Origin: a virus
Reading direction: 5' to 3' (one strand)
DNA: 49,146 nt
IMG/VR virus record: IMGVR_UViG_3300028886_000011
Coordinates: 1-49,146 of that record
The notes under the pieces were generated by a model, which saw only the letters and a list, made by a program, of their open reading frames with translations, did not search any database and had not been told where the DNA came from. Numbering within the stretch: the stretch's first letter is position 1; each line of letters opens with the position of its first letter. Shown piece by piece: positions 16,673 through 24,401 of this stretch. The translations under genes and the position numbers were made by a program.

Positions 16673-16923
16673 TTTTCATTCTCCTTTCCGTCTGTGTCGG
16701 TCTGCTCTGCTGTTGCCTGCTGTATGCTGTCACCGAGCAATTCGACAAGTGTTACATTGAGTTTGCTTGCGAGTTTTGCAACGGTTCCCCATTTGGGATT
16801 TTTCTTTATGCCCTGTTCGATATGGCATATTGTCGGCTGAGATATTCCCGTGAGTGCCGCAAGTTCCGACTGAGAGTAACCGTTTGCATTACGCAAATTC
16901 TTCAAGTTTTCTGCAAGTGACAA
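16669..16923 (-). CDS. Cro-like XRE-family HTH regulator
   Basis: LKNLRNANGYSQSELAALTGISQPTICHIEQG. TTG 16923 follows AAAGGAGAGGA. First gene of the leftward early operon. Confidence 0.7.
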   Translation of the reverse strand: MSLAENLKNLRNANGYSQSELAALTGISQPTICHIEQGIKKNPKWGTVAKLASKLNVTLVELLGDSIQQATAEQTDTDGKENEK

Positions 16924-16961
16924 AATATCCTCTCCTTTCGTGAATTTTATTATCAAAGTTA

Positions 16962-16989
16962 TTGACAGAGTTAAAAAATGTTCTATAAT
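16962..16989 (+). promoter_or_regulatory. Near-consensus sigma-70-type promoter, rightward
   Basis: TTGACA (16962-16967), 16-nt spacer, TATAAT (16984-16989). Confidence 0.55.
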
Positions 16990-17043
16990 GGTATTAAGTA
17001 TATATTGTGGGGTTGCTGTATCTTTATCAATAGCTTTAATAAT

Positions 17044-17072
17044 ATTATATCAAAAAGTTTCATGAGTGTCAA
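17044..17072 (-). promoter_or_regulatory. Consensus sigma-70-type promoter, leftward (early operon)
   Basis: On the minus strand: TTGACA (17072-17067), 17-nt spacer, TATAAT (17049-17044). The direct repeat ATCAAAAAGTTTC occurs at 17049-17061 and 17080-17092. Confidence 0.6.
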
Positions 17073-17131
17073 TATAAAAATCAAAAAGTTTCTTATTTCG
17101 TAACTTTGCACAAAAAGAAAGGAGATTTATT

Positions 17132-17323
17132 ATGTATAACATTCAAACTGTTTCTAAAAGAATGAAGCTTGATGCTCGACAGCAAGGAATAAAACTCAAG
17201 GAAATGCTTGAAAGTTGTGGATTAAATGTAAATTTCATAATTCAAATGTCTGACCGCACGGGTGCTTTTGCCCTTGCTAAAATAGCCTTTAATCAAAATA
17301 TGATATTTTTAACCGATTTATGA
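17132..17323 (+). CDS. Short XRE-type HTH protein (CI-like, HTH domain only)
   Basis: GIKLKEMLESCGLNVNFIIQMSD...LAKIA. ATG follows AAAGGAG. Divergent from the Cro-like gene. Confidence 0.55.
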   Translation: MYNIQTVSKRMKLDARQQGIKLKEMLESCGLNVNFIIQMSDRTGAFALAKIAFNQNMIFLTDL

Positions 17324-17432
17324 CACATTTTTCCGAACGTTCCATACGATATTCCATACAAAAAATTTGCCTTTTTAGCATTATGTACAAATTTGTACTA
17401 AAAATCTTGTTTATTATTTTAAATAAAATATA

Positions 17433-17461
17433 TTGATTTTATTTAAAATCTATGTTATAAT
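17433..17461 (+). promoter_or_regulatory. Promoter with extended -10, overlapped by a 14-bp inverted repeat
   Basis: TTGATT, 17-nt spacer, TGTTATAAT. The inverted repeat ATTTTAAATAAAAT (17416-17429) / ATTTTATTTAAAAT (17436-17449) straddles the -35. Confidence 0.55.
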
Positions 17462-17520
17462 TACAGCTGTAAGAACAAATGAAAATCAACAGCCCACAGG
17501 GCAGAAAGAGAGAGATTAAG

Positions 17521-18264
17521 ATGAAAGAATTTAAATTTTATTCAGACGGATTTGAACTTCCCGTAAGCGTATGCAAAACACAAAAAGAAGCAGTCTATGA
17601 AATCACATCTGCAAGAGAAGCATTGAAACTTTTAGACAAAGAGGGTGAATGCGAAGGCGGTTGTGAAAAACTGATAATAGACGTTATTTACAAAGATGGA
17701 AGCACATATTACAATTCAAACAATTATGCAGAGGAAGGCAAGTTCAAAAGAACAGGTATTGCAAGAGCAATAGTATCCACCGAGTACGGAACGGTTGTTT
17801 TTGGTGATTTTGCTATAACGGAATACGGAGATGTAACCATAGAAGAAAGCGAAATCGAAGAGTACGGCGTATATGCAGGACAGTATGACGTAAAAGAGCA
17901 GGACGAGCAGGAAGTACAGGAAGTATCTGAAACAGAGACCAACGAAACAACGGCTGAAACGACAGCCGAGCAGGAAACAGTTGAGGGTATTTCCAAAATG
18001 GAAATACCCACAGAAACGGGCAACAGCGGATTTGAGTATACGAGAAGTCAGGCACAGGAAATCATTGTGGCAGGTACAAGCATAGCAAGAGAAAAGTATA
18101 GAGAAAAGCACGGTATATACAGTCCTATGGATTTGAAGAAGTTCAGCAGGAAACAGCTTGACGATTACTTATCAAAGGAACTTGATTACATTAACAAATT
18201 TTTGAACGATACCTTGCCAAAAGAAGTATTTAACGCCATGAAAGGAGAGACAATGTATGCTTAA
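17521..18264 (+). CDS. Acidic hypothetical protein (247 aa)
   Basis: ATG 17521 follows the conserved leader GGCAGAAAGAGAGAGATTAAG. The central E/T/Q-rich acidic tract is EQDEQEVQEVSETETNETTAETTAEQET. Confidence 0.65.
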   Translation: MKEFKFYSDGFELPVSVCKTQKEAVYEITSAREALKLLDKEGECEGGCEKLIIDVIYKDGSTYYNSNNYAEEGKFKRTGIARAIVSTEYGTVVFGDFAITEYGDVTIEESEIEEYGVYAGQYDVKEQDEQEVQEVSETETNETTAETTAEQETVEGISKMEIPTETGNSGFEYTRSQAQEIIVAGTSIAREKYREKHGIYSPMDLKKFSRKQLDDYLSKELDYINKFLNDTLPKEVFNAMKGETMYA

Positions 18265-18748
18265 AGTAAACACCATACACAGCTTGTCTTATAACACTGC
18301 TGAGCGTGAAAAATTCTGCGATTTGATAGATTTCTTTGAAAAAGAAATACAAGCCCTTGAAAGCAAAGATGACGAGATGTTTGAACAGTTAAACAACGAA
18401 GACTATGACGTTTGGGAACAGCAGTATGAGCAGGAACGTGACAAACTTTACGACAAACGTCGTAACGCATGGATAAACGCATTCGCAGCACAATTCCCGA
18501 ACAAAAAGAATGAATGGTTCGCTAATGTAATCAAGAAGTTTATTGATGAGGGTAAAGCAAATGGTGAAGCTTTTCACATATCAGCGAAGCAGTATGATTG
18601 CTTTTTGAAATACTGCTGTCACGAAGATGACAACAAAGAAGCATGGAAGTGTTACAAAACATATTGCCGTTGTTGCGGTTGTTTGATAACGCTTAAACGC
18701 CCAAGGCATGGCGGATATTACATGGAAATAACAATATTGACAGCATAA
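18257..18748 (+). CDS. Hypothetical protein with a Cys-rich C-terminus
   Basis: 163-aa ORF overlapping the upstream stop by 8 nt. Contains CYKTYCRCCGC. Confidence 0.6.
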   Translation: MLKVNTIHSLSYNTAEREKFCDLIDFFEKEIQALESKDDEMFEQLNNEDYDVWEQQYEQERDKLYDKRRNAWINAFAAQFPNKKNEWFANVIKKFIDEGKANGEAFHISAKQYDCFLKYCCHEDDNKEAWKCYKTYCRCCGCLITLKRPRHGGYYMEITILTA

Positions 18749-18817
18749 TAACAAGCTGACCTATCGGCTATACGGGCAATTTTTTATAAAAGACGGAAAG
18801 GAGAAAACGGTTTTGTT

Positions 18818-19246
18818 ATGAAGAAAGTAATAAGAGGACGTGTATATGACACGACCAAAGCAAAAAAGATTTACGAAACCGATAACGGATTAGGTCATAA
18901 TGACCTGTACTATATCAGCGAAACGCTGTATTGTAAAAAGACGGGAGAATATTTTTTGCATGGTGACGGCGGAGCAGGAACGGGATACGCCAAACACTGC
19001 GGAACAACCAGTGTTGGAGCGGAAGATATAGTACCACTGACATACAACGAAGCTAAACAGTGGGCAGAGGAACACATGAACGGTGATGAATACACAAAAG
19101 AGTTTGGTGACCCCGAAGCAGATTACACGAACAAAGTGATGACTATCAGCATAAGACAGAAAGCCATAGACAAAGTAAAGAGAGAAGCCCAAAAAAGAGA
19201 TATGAGCGTGAGCAAGTTAATAGAAGATTTGATAGAAAGCATTTAA
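18818..19246 (+). CDS. Hypothetical protein with a C-terminal ribbon-helix-helix-like domain
   Basis: The C-terminus VMTISIRQKAIDKVKREAQKRDMSVSKLIEDLIESI has a beta-strand/helix/helix (RHH) pattern. Last gene of its operon. Confidence 0.55.
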   Translation: MKKVIRGRVYDTTKAKKIYETDNGLGHNDLYYISETLYCKKTGEYFLHGDGGAGTGYAKHCGTTSVGAEDIVPLTYNEAKQWAEEHMNGDEYTKEFGDPEADYTNKVMTISIRQKAIDKVKREAQKRDMSVSKLIEDLIESI

Positions 19247-19250
19247 AAAA

Positions 19251-19280
19251 AATCCCCCGATTGTAACAAATCGGGGGATT
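19251..19280. terminator. Bidirectional intrinsic terminator between convergent genes
   Basis: 11-bp stem AATCCCCCGAT / ATCGGGGGATT, flanked by an A8 run on the left (a T run for the minus-strand transcript). Confidence 0.75.
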
Positions 19281-19282
19281 GA

Positions 19283-19489
19283 TTATTTGACCTGTTCTTC
19301 CGTTGCTCCGTGTTCTTCACGTTCGAGCAACCAATTTACAAATGCGTTCAACTTCATTCCACGATTTTCGGCAAGTTTCATATAGTCGCCTTTTTTGCCT
19401 TTCGGGAACATAACCGAGAATCTGTCGTATTTTTGCCTGTTAAAATCATTCCTGTACTGTGTCCCGTGTTCTTTTTCCCAGTCCGACAT
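19283..19489 (-). CDS. Ribbon-helix-helix (Arc/CopG-like) protein
   Basis: YDRFSVMFPKGKKGDYMKLAENRGMKLNAFVNWLLE has an RHH pattern. GGTGAT RBS. Confidence 0.55.
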   Translation of the reverse strand: MSDWEKEHGTQYRNDFNRQKYDRFSVMFPKGKKGDYMKLAENRGMKLNAFVNWLLEREEHGATEEQVK

Positions 19490-19512
19490 AATATCACCAC
19501 GCTTTCATAGAG

Positions 19513-19541
19513 ATTTTAGCATTTTTTCAATTATTACTCAA
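19513..19541 (-). promoter_or_regulatory. Promoter for the RHH gene
   Basis: Minus strand: TTGAGT, 17-nt spacer, TGCTAAAAT. The -35 overlaps repeat AATTATTACT (19529-19538). Confidence 0.45.
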
Positions 19542-19599
19542 TAATCAAAATGCACAATTTTGTTGATTGGACTTTGTTTATTATTTTTTTAAAAAACTA

Positions 19600-19628
19600 T
19601 TGAATTATTACTAAATAAGTGGTATGAT
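19600..19628 (+). promoter_or_regulatory. Promoter with extended -10 for 19687-20839
   Basis: TTGAAT, 17-nt spacer, TGGTATGAT. A second copy of AATTATTACT (19603-19612) lies in the -35/spacer. Confidence 0.5.
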
Positions 19629-19686
19629 AGTATCGACAAATAAATAAACAATTTGACAGCCGAAAGGCAGAAAGAGAGCGATTAAG

Positions 19687-20295
19687 ATGACAAAAAAGAT
19701 GTATAAAGCATTTGTAAAAAGCAAAGAAACAGGAGAACTCACAATCATAGAGAGTGAATACACAAGCAAAAAAGATTTTGCACGTGATTTGAGAGCAAAC
19801 GGATACGCAGTAAAGTTTATATCAACTCCCGAAAAGTTTGATGAAGACAGCGAAAATTACAATTGGGAACTCAAAAGACGTAAGAATGTCAGAGAAGCGA
19901 TGAAACAACACAAAGCAAGCAAAGAGCAGGCAGAAAGAGAGACGATTGATATGAAAACACAGGTAATTAACAACAATTCGGCAGAAATTCAGGTAGCAGT
20001 AGAAAATTGGTACATGAACGGGAAGCCATCTTCATCATATTTCACGATGAACGGAGAGAAGTACGCAGTGTTACCACGTTATGGCACCAGTAACGAATTC
20101 GATGCGTTTAAAGTCAAGACGTTTACGATTGGCGAAGGCACATATCATTATCCGTATTATGACCCCGAAACCCGTGAGCCGATTGACAGAATTGCAGTTG
20201 TAACAATCCCCGATGAGCTTGTTATCAAGAAAAAAGAGCAAATCGATGAAGCAAATCACGGTAATACATTATTCAAGGAATTTTTTAAGGTCTAA
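19687..20295 (+). CDS. Hypothetical protein (202 aa)
   Basis: ATG follows the same conserved leader (GGCAGAAAGAGAGCGATTAAG) as 17521. Confidence 0.65.
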   Translation: MTKKMYKAFVKSKETGELTIIESEYTSKKDFARDLRANGYAVKFISTPEKFDEDSENYNWELKRRKNVREAMKQHKASKEQAERETIDMKTQVINNNSAEIQVAVENWYMNGKPSSSYFTMNGEKYAVLPRYGTSNEFDAFKVKTFTIGEGTYHYPYYDPETREPIDRIAVVTIPDELVIKKKEQIDEANHGNTLFKEFFKV

Positions 20296-20383
20296 CGCTG
20301 ACGGCAGGGCGAATGCCCTGTAAAGCTGCACCGACATATCCGAAGCAGTCGGGAGCTAATAAAATATGAAAGAGGTTATCACT

Positions 20384-20839
20384 ATGAAAACAATGGTAAA
20401 AAATGACAGATGGAACGGTATCGAAACAGTAACAGTATGGTTTGATGATGATATGTCAACATACGAAATAATTGACAAAGAAAACGGCGAAACAATCGGG
20501 ATGATTTATGACGGAGAATTTTTAGACGAAGAAGGACAGGTTGATTATGATAAGCTGTACGAAACAATAGAGCTTGAAATAGTATTTCACATCAAAGCAA
20601 AAATAGAAACCCCCGACGAAGTTGAGATAGAAGAATATGACGAAGACGATGAAACGCCCGTAAATAAAAGACAGTATGATGTGTATTATACAGACGGCGT
20701 AAACGAAACATATACAACTCTTGACGCTGAAACGGCAGAAGAAGCACTTGAAGCAGAACAGATAGAAGTCTATGGTTGGAATCAAGAAGCAGGATATAAA
20801 AAATACAAAATAACAAAAGTTCATTACGCAATAGTATAA
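20384..20839 (+). CDS. Strongly acidic hypothetical protein
   Basis: ATG 20384 follows AAAGAGG. D/E-rich throughout (DEVEIEEYDEDDETP...). Confidence 0.6.
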   Translation: MKTMVKNDRWNGIETVTVWFDDDMSTYEIIDKENGETIGMIYDGEFLDEEGQVDYDKLYETIELEIVFHIKAKIETPDEVEIEEYDEDDETPVNKRQYDVYYTDGVNETYTTLDAETAEEALEAEQIEVYGWNQEAGYKKYKITKVHYAIV

Positions 20840-20892
20840 GATTACAAAGTCCATTGACGGCAGAGCGTAAAATAATAACCGTATGAAAAATT

Positions 20893-20932
20893 ATCCTCCA
20901 TTTCCGATAAGTTCGGGAATGGAGGATTTTTT
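20893..20932. terminator. Bidirectional intrinsic terminator
   Basis: 13-bp stem ATCCTCCATTTCC / GGGAATGGAGGAT (one G.U pair), T6 on the right, A-rich run on the left. Confidence 0.8.
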
Positions 20933-21287
20933 ATATCTCGTTTAGTTTACGCATTACATCATTGTACAATTTTACGTTAAAAAGCGAAACGGCAGACATC
21001 AGCTCGTCCATTACTGCCCAAATTTTGACGGCTGATTTACCGTCGATCAACTTTGAGAACTCGCTGTCAGATTGATAGTTGACAGTTGTTTCGCTATTGT
21101 CGGGCGGTGCATAGCTGTAAGTGGGTGTTTCCTTTTTGGAAACACCCACCGAGTTTTTCTCGGCAGTTGCTTGTAAATTGTTCAAAATGGTGTAATATGC
21201 TGCTAATTTGATACATGTATTTGCGTTTGGGTTGCGTTGTCCTTGACATTCGGCAATAGCCTCTATCAAATCATTTTCTGTTATCAA
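20931..21287 (-). CDS. Hypothetical protein
   Basis: 118-aa ORF, last gene of the post-lysis operon. Confidence 0.55.
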   Translation of the reverse strand: MITENDLIEAIAECQGQRNPNANTCIKLAAYYTILNNLQATAEKNSVGVSKKETPTYSYAPPDNSETTVNYQSDSEFSKLIDGKSAVKIWAVMDELMSAVSLFNVKLYNDVMRKLNEI

Positions 21288-21300
21288 GGACGTTTCCCCC

Positions 21301-21711
21301 TTACATCTGTTCCATTTTGTTTATAAGCTTGCGTATTTCCTGTTTTGTCTGCTCGTTAGGTGCGTCATTCATGACCTCATGCAACCTGCTGATAATTTCG
21401 TCATTTGCTTCATCACGGCTGTATCTGCCCATACTATCACGTCTGACATTGCCGTATCTCGCATAACTGTTACCACCCTCACGAGTATATCTTCTTGCAT
21501 AGCTGTTACTGTTCATATTGCCGTCATAGCTGCCACGGTTAGAATATCCGTCTTCACTATATTCATTCATAGCCATGATTGTTTCAAGGCTTTTAATAGC
21601 GTGTGTCAGCTTGTCAACAGTATCAAGACTGCCTGCTGTGAGTTCGCCTTTTTTAGCAATGTTTTCAAGTTCTTCACAAAGCATTTCTTTGATTTTTTCG
21701 TATGATTTCAT
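21301..21711 (-). CDS. Hypothetical protein with an R/S/Y/G-rich low-complexity centre
   Basis: Helical ends flank SNRGSYDGNMNSNSYARRYTREGGNSYARYGNVRRDSMGRYSRD. Confidence 0.55.
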   Translation of the reverse strand: MKSYEKIKEMLCEELENIAKKGELTAGSLDTVDKLTHAIKSLETIMAMNEYSEDGYSNRGSYDGNMNSNSYARRYTREGGNSYARYGNVRRDSMGRYSRDEANDEIISRLHEVMNDAPNEQTKQEIRKLINKMEQM

Positions 21712-21725
21712 TTTTTATTCACCTC

Positions 21726-22178
21726 TCACGCTATGCGGTTGATAACCAAATTAGCATTTTGCACATTTATCACGGGTGCAGGTGTGACAATCGGGTCTGA
21801 TGTAGCAGGTACGCTCTCGACTGAAAGTGAGAAACAACAACCTCTCGGCACTTTGATAATTGCCGTTGATGTTACATTGCCGTACTCGTCAACTGCTGCA
21901 GGTGTGATAATCGCTCTGCTTGTCAATCTCGGTTCGCCATTGATAGTAATCGCAACAGCTATTGAGCCAACTGTACCGCCTGTCGGAATTGCAATGTTAC
22001 TGTTAAAAGTTACCCGGTATGTTGCAAAACACTGATTTGTTATGCCACGCAAAATAAAAATTCCGTCGCCATTGTTGTGTACAACATAGCCTTTTTTACA
22101 CGGTATAGAATTATTGAAATTTACAGGACTGTTTAAATAGACAGTCTGGATTTCGTTATATACATATTCTGCTGCCAT
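21726..22178 (-). CDS. BclA-C-terminal / C1q-TNF-like jelly-roll protein (putative)
   Basis: Pattern YRVTFNSNIAIP...IAVAITINGEP...STAIIKVP...SLSVES...VQNANLVINRIA resembles exosporium BclA C-terminal domains. Recognised by eye only. Confidence 0.4.
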   Translation of the reverse strand: MAAEYVYNEIQTVYLNSPVNFNNSIPCKKGYVVHNNGDGIFILRGITNQCFATYRVTFNSNIAIPTGGTVGSIAVAITINGEPRLTSRAIITPAAVDEYGNVTSTAIIKVPRGCCFSLSVESVPATSDPIVTPAPVINVQNANLVINRIA

Positions 22179-22190
22179 ATCGTCACCGCC

Positions 22191-23168
22191 TTATGCGCCG
22201 CAACCACAACCGCAACCGTTATTTTGGCAAGTAAAAATCGGAGTATTGCCATATACTGGCATAGAGGGAACGGGGCAATTTTTGAGCCTGTTATAAACTC
22301 CGTCAATTTCTGCCGCTTGACCTGCCAAAATCTGAGCCGTCTGAGCCGTCTGTGAAGCTTGCATATTTGCCATATTGACGGCATTCTGCAAAGCAACATT
22401 TTCTCTTTGAGCCTGTGCAAGCTGATTTTTAACACCATCAAGTTCCAAAGCACAAAGTTTGTCGAGGATAGCCTGTGTGTTTGCGGTATTCGCTGCTCTT
22501 GTAGCACAAGCCTCTGTTGCGATAGTGTATTTAACATCGTTTGTAGCAGCTCTATTGTCGCAGCAGCACTGGGCAAGCTGAGCGGAGAGATTTGTCAAGC
22601 CCTGTGTGTTAGCTGTCTGAGCGGCAAAAGAACGCTCCAAATCGCTTATCTGATTAGTGTACATCTGCTGTGCAATAGCGTTCTGTGCATTGTTTACGCC
22701 CTGGTTTACACTGTTAAAGCCGTTGCAAAGACTGTTTTGAATAGCTGCCGTTCCGTTTGCGATACCGAGATTTGTGCTTGCAAAACCGTTAGCCAATGAC
22801 ATCTGAGTATCACCGAAACCACCGCAAATCTGAGTTGACAGTCCTGCTATACCGTCACGAACGGAAGTGATATTGTCGTTAATCATAGCGTCACGGAAAC
22901 CACCGTTTGTGTTGGAATTGATGTTCTGTTGACCGTTCAGAAGCCACGGGAACTCATAACCCATGCCGTACATACCGCCCATCATTGCACCGCCACCGAA
23001 GCCGCCAAAGCCGCCCCAGCCACCATTGAGCAAGGCTATCAAGAAAAGTATGCCAAGCCAACTATCGCCAGTGCCGCCAAAAAGTCCGCCACCATTGCCA
23101 TATCCACCGTTATAAAGTGGCTGAACAGGCATAACAAGTCCATTGCTGCTTTCATCTGTAATTGCCAT
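22191..23168 (-). CDS. Gly-rich, one-TM, N/Q/A-rich coiled protein with a Cys-rich C-terminus
   Basis: ATG 23168 follows AAGGAGAA. N-terminus: GGYGNGGGLFGGTGDSWLGILFLIALLNGGWGGFGGFGGG. Centre: N/Q/A-rich with a CCC triplet. C-terminus: CQNNGCGCGCGA. Confidence 0.6.
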   Translation of the reverse strand: MAITDESSNGLVMPVQPLYNGGYGNGGGLFGGTGDSWLGILFLIALLNGGWGGFGGFGGGAMMGGMYGMGYEFPWLLNGQQNINSNTNGGFRDAMINDNITSVRDGIAGLSTQICGGFGDTQMSLANGFASTNLGIANGTAAIQNSLCNGFNSVNQGVNNAQNAIAQQMYTNQISDLERSFAAQTANTQGLTNLSAQLAQCCCDNRAATNDVKYTIATEACATRAANTANTQAILDKLCALELDGVKNQLAQAQRENVALQNAVNMANMQASQTAQTAQILAGQAAEIDGVYNRLKNCPVPSMPVYGNTPIFTCQNNGCGCGCGA

Positions 23169-23230
23169 TTCATTTTTCTCCTTGTAAAAAAAATTATATT
23201 TTAAAGCCCCGTGCACTGAGCTTTAAGTGC

Positions 23231-23473
23231 TTATCTTATGTTTCCGAGCATATTATTAAATTGGGGTAACATCTGTTTTGCTTGATTTACCTGCTGTTGG
23301 GTGATTTGCCCCGAGTTTAACAAATGTTGTACTATGTCCTGCGGATTGTTCGTGCCGTTTGGAATGTTAAATTTTTGCTGTATCATGAATTGTAACGGAT
23401 TGCCCTTGAACTGGTTGAACATTTGCATGATGTTCATTTGCTGTCCGTGCTGCGGTATAATCGGATTTGCCAT
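23231..23473 (-). CDS. Small Q/N-rich protein
   Basis: ATG 23473 follows GGAGGT. Sequence begins MANPIIPQHGQQMNIMQMFNQFKGNPLQFMIQQ... Confidence 0.55.
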   Translation of the reverse strand: MANPIIPQHGQQMNIMQMFNQFKGNPLQFMIQQKFNIPNGTNNPQDIVQHLLNSGQITQQQVNQAKQMLPQFNNMLGNIR

Positions 23474-23945
23474 TTATATTTACCTCCATGTTTTCAAAAT
23501 CATTCAGCCTTTTCTTCAATGCTTCTATTTCGTTCCACAATGTCACTATATCGTCTTTTTTTGCATATTCGACATTAAGTTGTTGCTGTGGGTTCTCATT
23601 GCTTGTAACGGTGTTTTGTACTCGTATATCTTCTTCCTTGACAAGGCGGTATTTCTCAAACTTTGGTCTGTCAAGCTGTGAAAATCCCATTGTCTTTGTG
23701 TAACAATAAGGAGCATTTTCATCAATGAATGTTACACTATTGCCAAGTGCAACAGGATAATTTCTCGCTTCGTTTTCATCACGAACCGACACAAAACCAC
23801 CGTTCTGTATTTGTTGGGGCTGTTGTTGCATATTGCTTTGATAATTATTCATCTGCTGTGGTATTTGCTGAAAGTTTTGATATTGATATTGTTGCGGATA
23901 TTGATACGGCTGATATGTTGCAGGATAAAAATTATTGTATGCCAT
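23367..23945 (-). CDS. Protein with a Q/N/Y-rich (prion-like) N-terminus
   Basis: 32 of the first 50 residues are Q, N or Y (MAYNNFYPATYQPYQYPQQYQYQNFQQIPQQ...). The 3' end overlaps the next gene by 107 nt. Confidence 0.55.
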   Translation of the reverse strand: MAYNNFYPATYQPYQYPQQYQYQNFQQIPQQMNNYQSNMQQQPQQIQNGGFVSVRDENEARNYPVALGNSVTFIDENAPYCYTKTMGFSQLDRPKFEKYRLVKEEDIRVQNTVTSNENPQQQLNVEYAKKDDIVTLWNEIEALKKRLNDFENMEVNINGKSDYTAARTANEHHANVQPVQGQSVTIHDTAKI

Positions 23946-24318
23946 TGTTTACCTCCCAATAATAAATTGGTACTCTGTTACCGCTATCCCACGTGTCAAC
24001 GTAATTGCCGTCTATCACTGCGACAACGTGTTGACCGACAAACACTAAATACCGCCCTTTTGGGTGGTCATCTGCAAATTGCTTGACTGTATAACAATTC
24101 GGACAAGTATCGGGGACAATGTGCCTTGTCAGACCCTTGCTTTTAAGATACTCATTCCACACGCTGTCACTTGACGGCATATCAGACATCATAAAACCTT
24201 GTATTGCTAATCCGATATATGTTGTTTCCCAGTCTTGATTGAGTACAGTTGATATTGCTCTTATAACACAATCTCCGACTTGCTTTTGCTGTGGATTTGC
24301 GTTGTAGTTTACATACAT
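23932..24318 (-). CDS. Putative papain-fold cysteine peptidase (Cys...His...Asp)
   Basis: VGDCVIRAIS near the N-terminus and GQHVVAVIDGNYVDTWDSG near the C-terminus. ATG 24318 follows AGGTGA. Confidence 0.4.
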   Translation of the reverse strand: MYVNYNANPQQKQVGDCVIRAISTVLNQDWETTYIGLAIQGFMMSDMPSSDSVWNEYLKSKGLTRHIVPDTCPNCYTVKQFADDHPKGRYLVFVGQHVVAVIDGNYVDTWDSGNRVPIYYWEVNNGIQ

Positions 24319-24335
24319 TTGTATCACCTGATTTT

Positions 24336-24364
24336 AGTATAAACAAAAAACAAGGCATTGACAA
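24336..24364 (-). promoter_or_regulatory. Promoter of the post-lysis operon
   Basis: Minus strand: TTGTCA (24364-24359), 17-nt spacer, TATACT (24341-24336), then AGGTGA and ATG. Confidence 0.45.
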
Positions 24365-24386
24365 TCAAACCAATACCTTGTTTTTT
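24345..24386 (-). terminator. Stem-loop with T run after the sigma-r4 gene
   Basis: AAAAAACAAGG, 20-nt loop, CCTTGTTTTTT. The loop is large for an intrinsic terminator. Confidence 0.4.
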
Positions 24387-24401
24387 ACTATCTTTTTACT
24401 A

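Noticed and set aside
17716-18111. Three antisense ORFs (60-131 aa) within 17521-18264, and similar ORFs within 20384-20839
   Set aside because: They are antisense readings of acidic, GAA/GAG-rich genes, which give long open Phe/Leu/Ser frames. They have no RBS.
20305-20320. Hairpin CAGGGC-gaat-GCCCTG after the 19687-20295 gene, considered as a terminator
   Set aside because: No T run follows it, and the next gene has no promoter of its own. It is more likely an mRNA-stabilising or processing hairpin, and the evidence is too weak to annotate.
22133-22576. 147-aa minus-strand ORF overlapping two genes
   Set aside because: It is an alternative frame of the Gly/Cys-rich gene and the BclA-like gene. 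It has no RBS, and the two flanking ORFs have proper starts.
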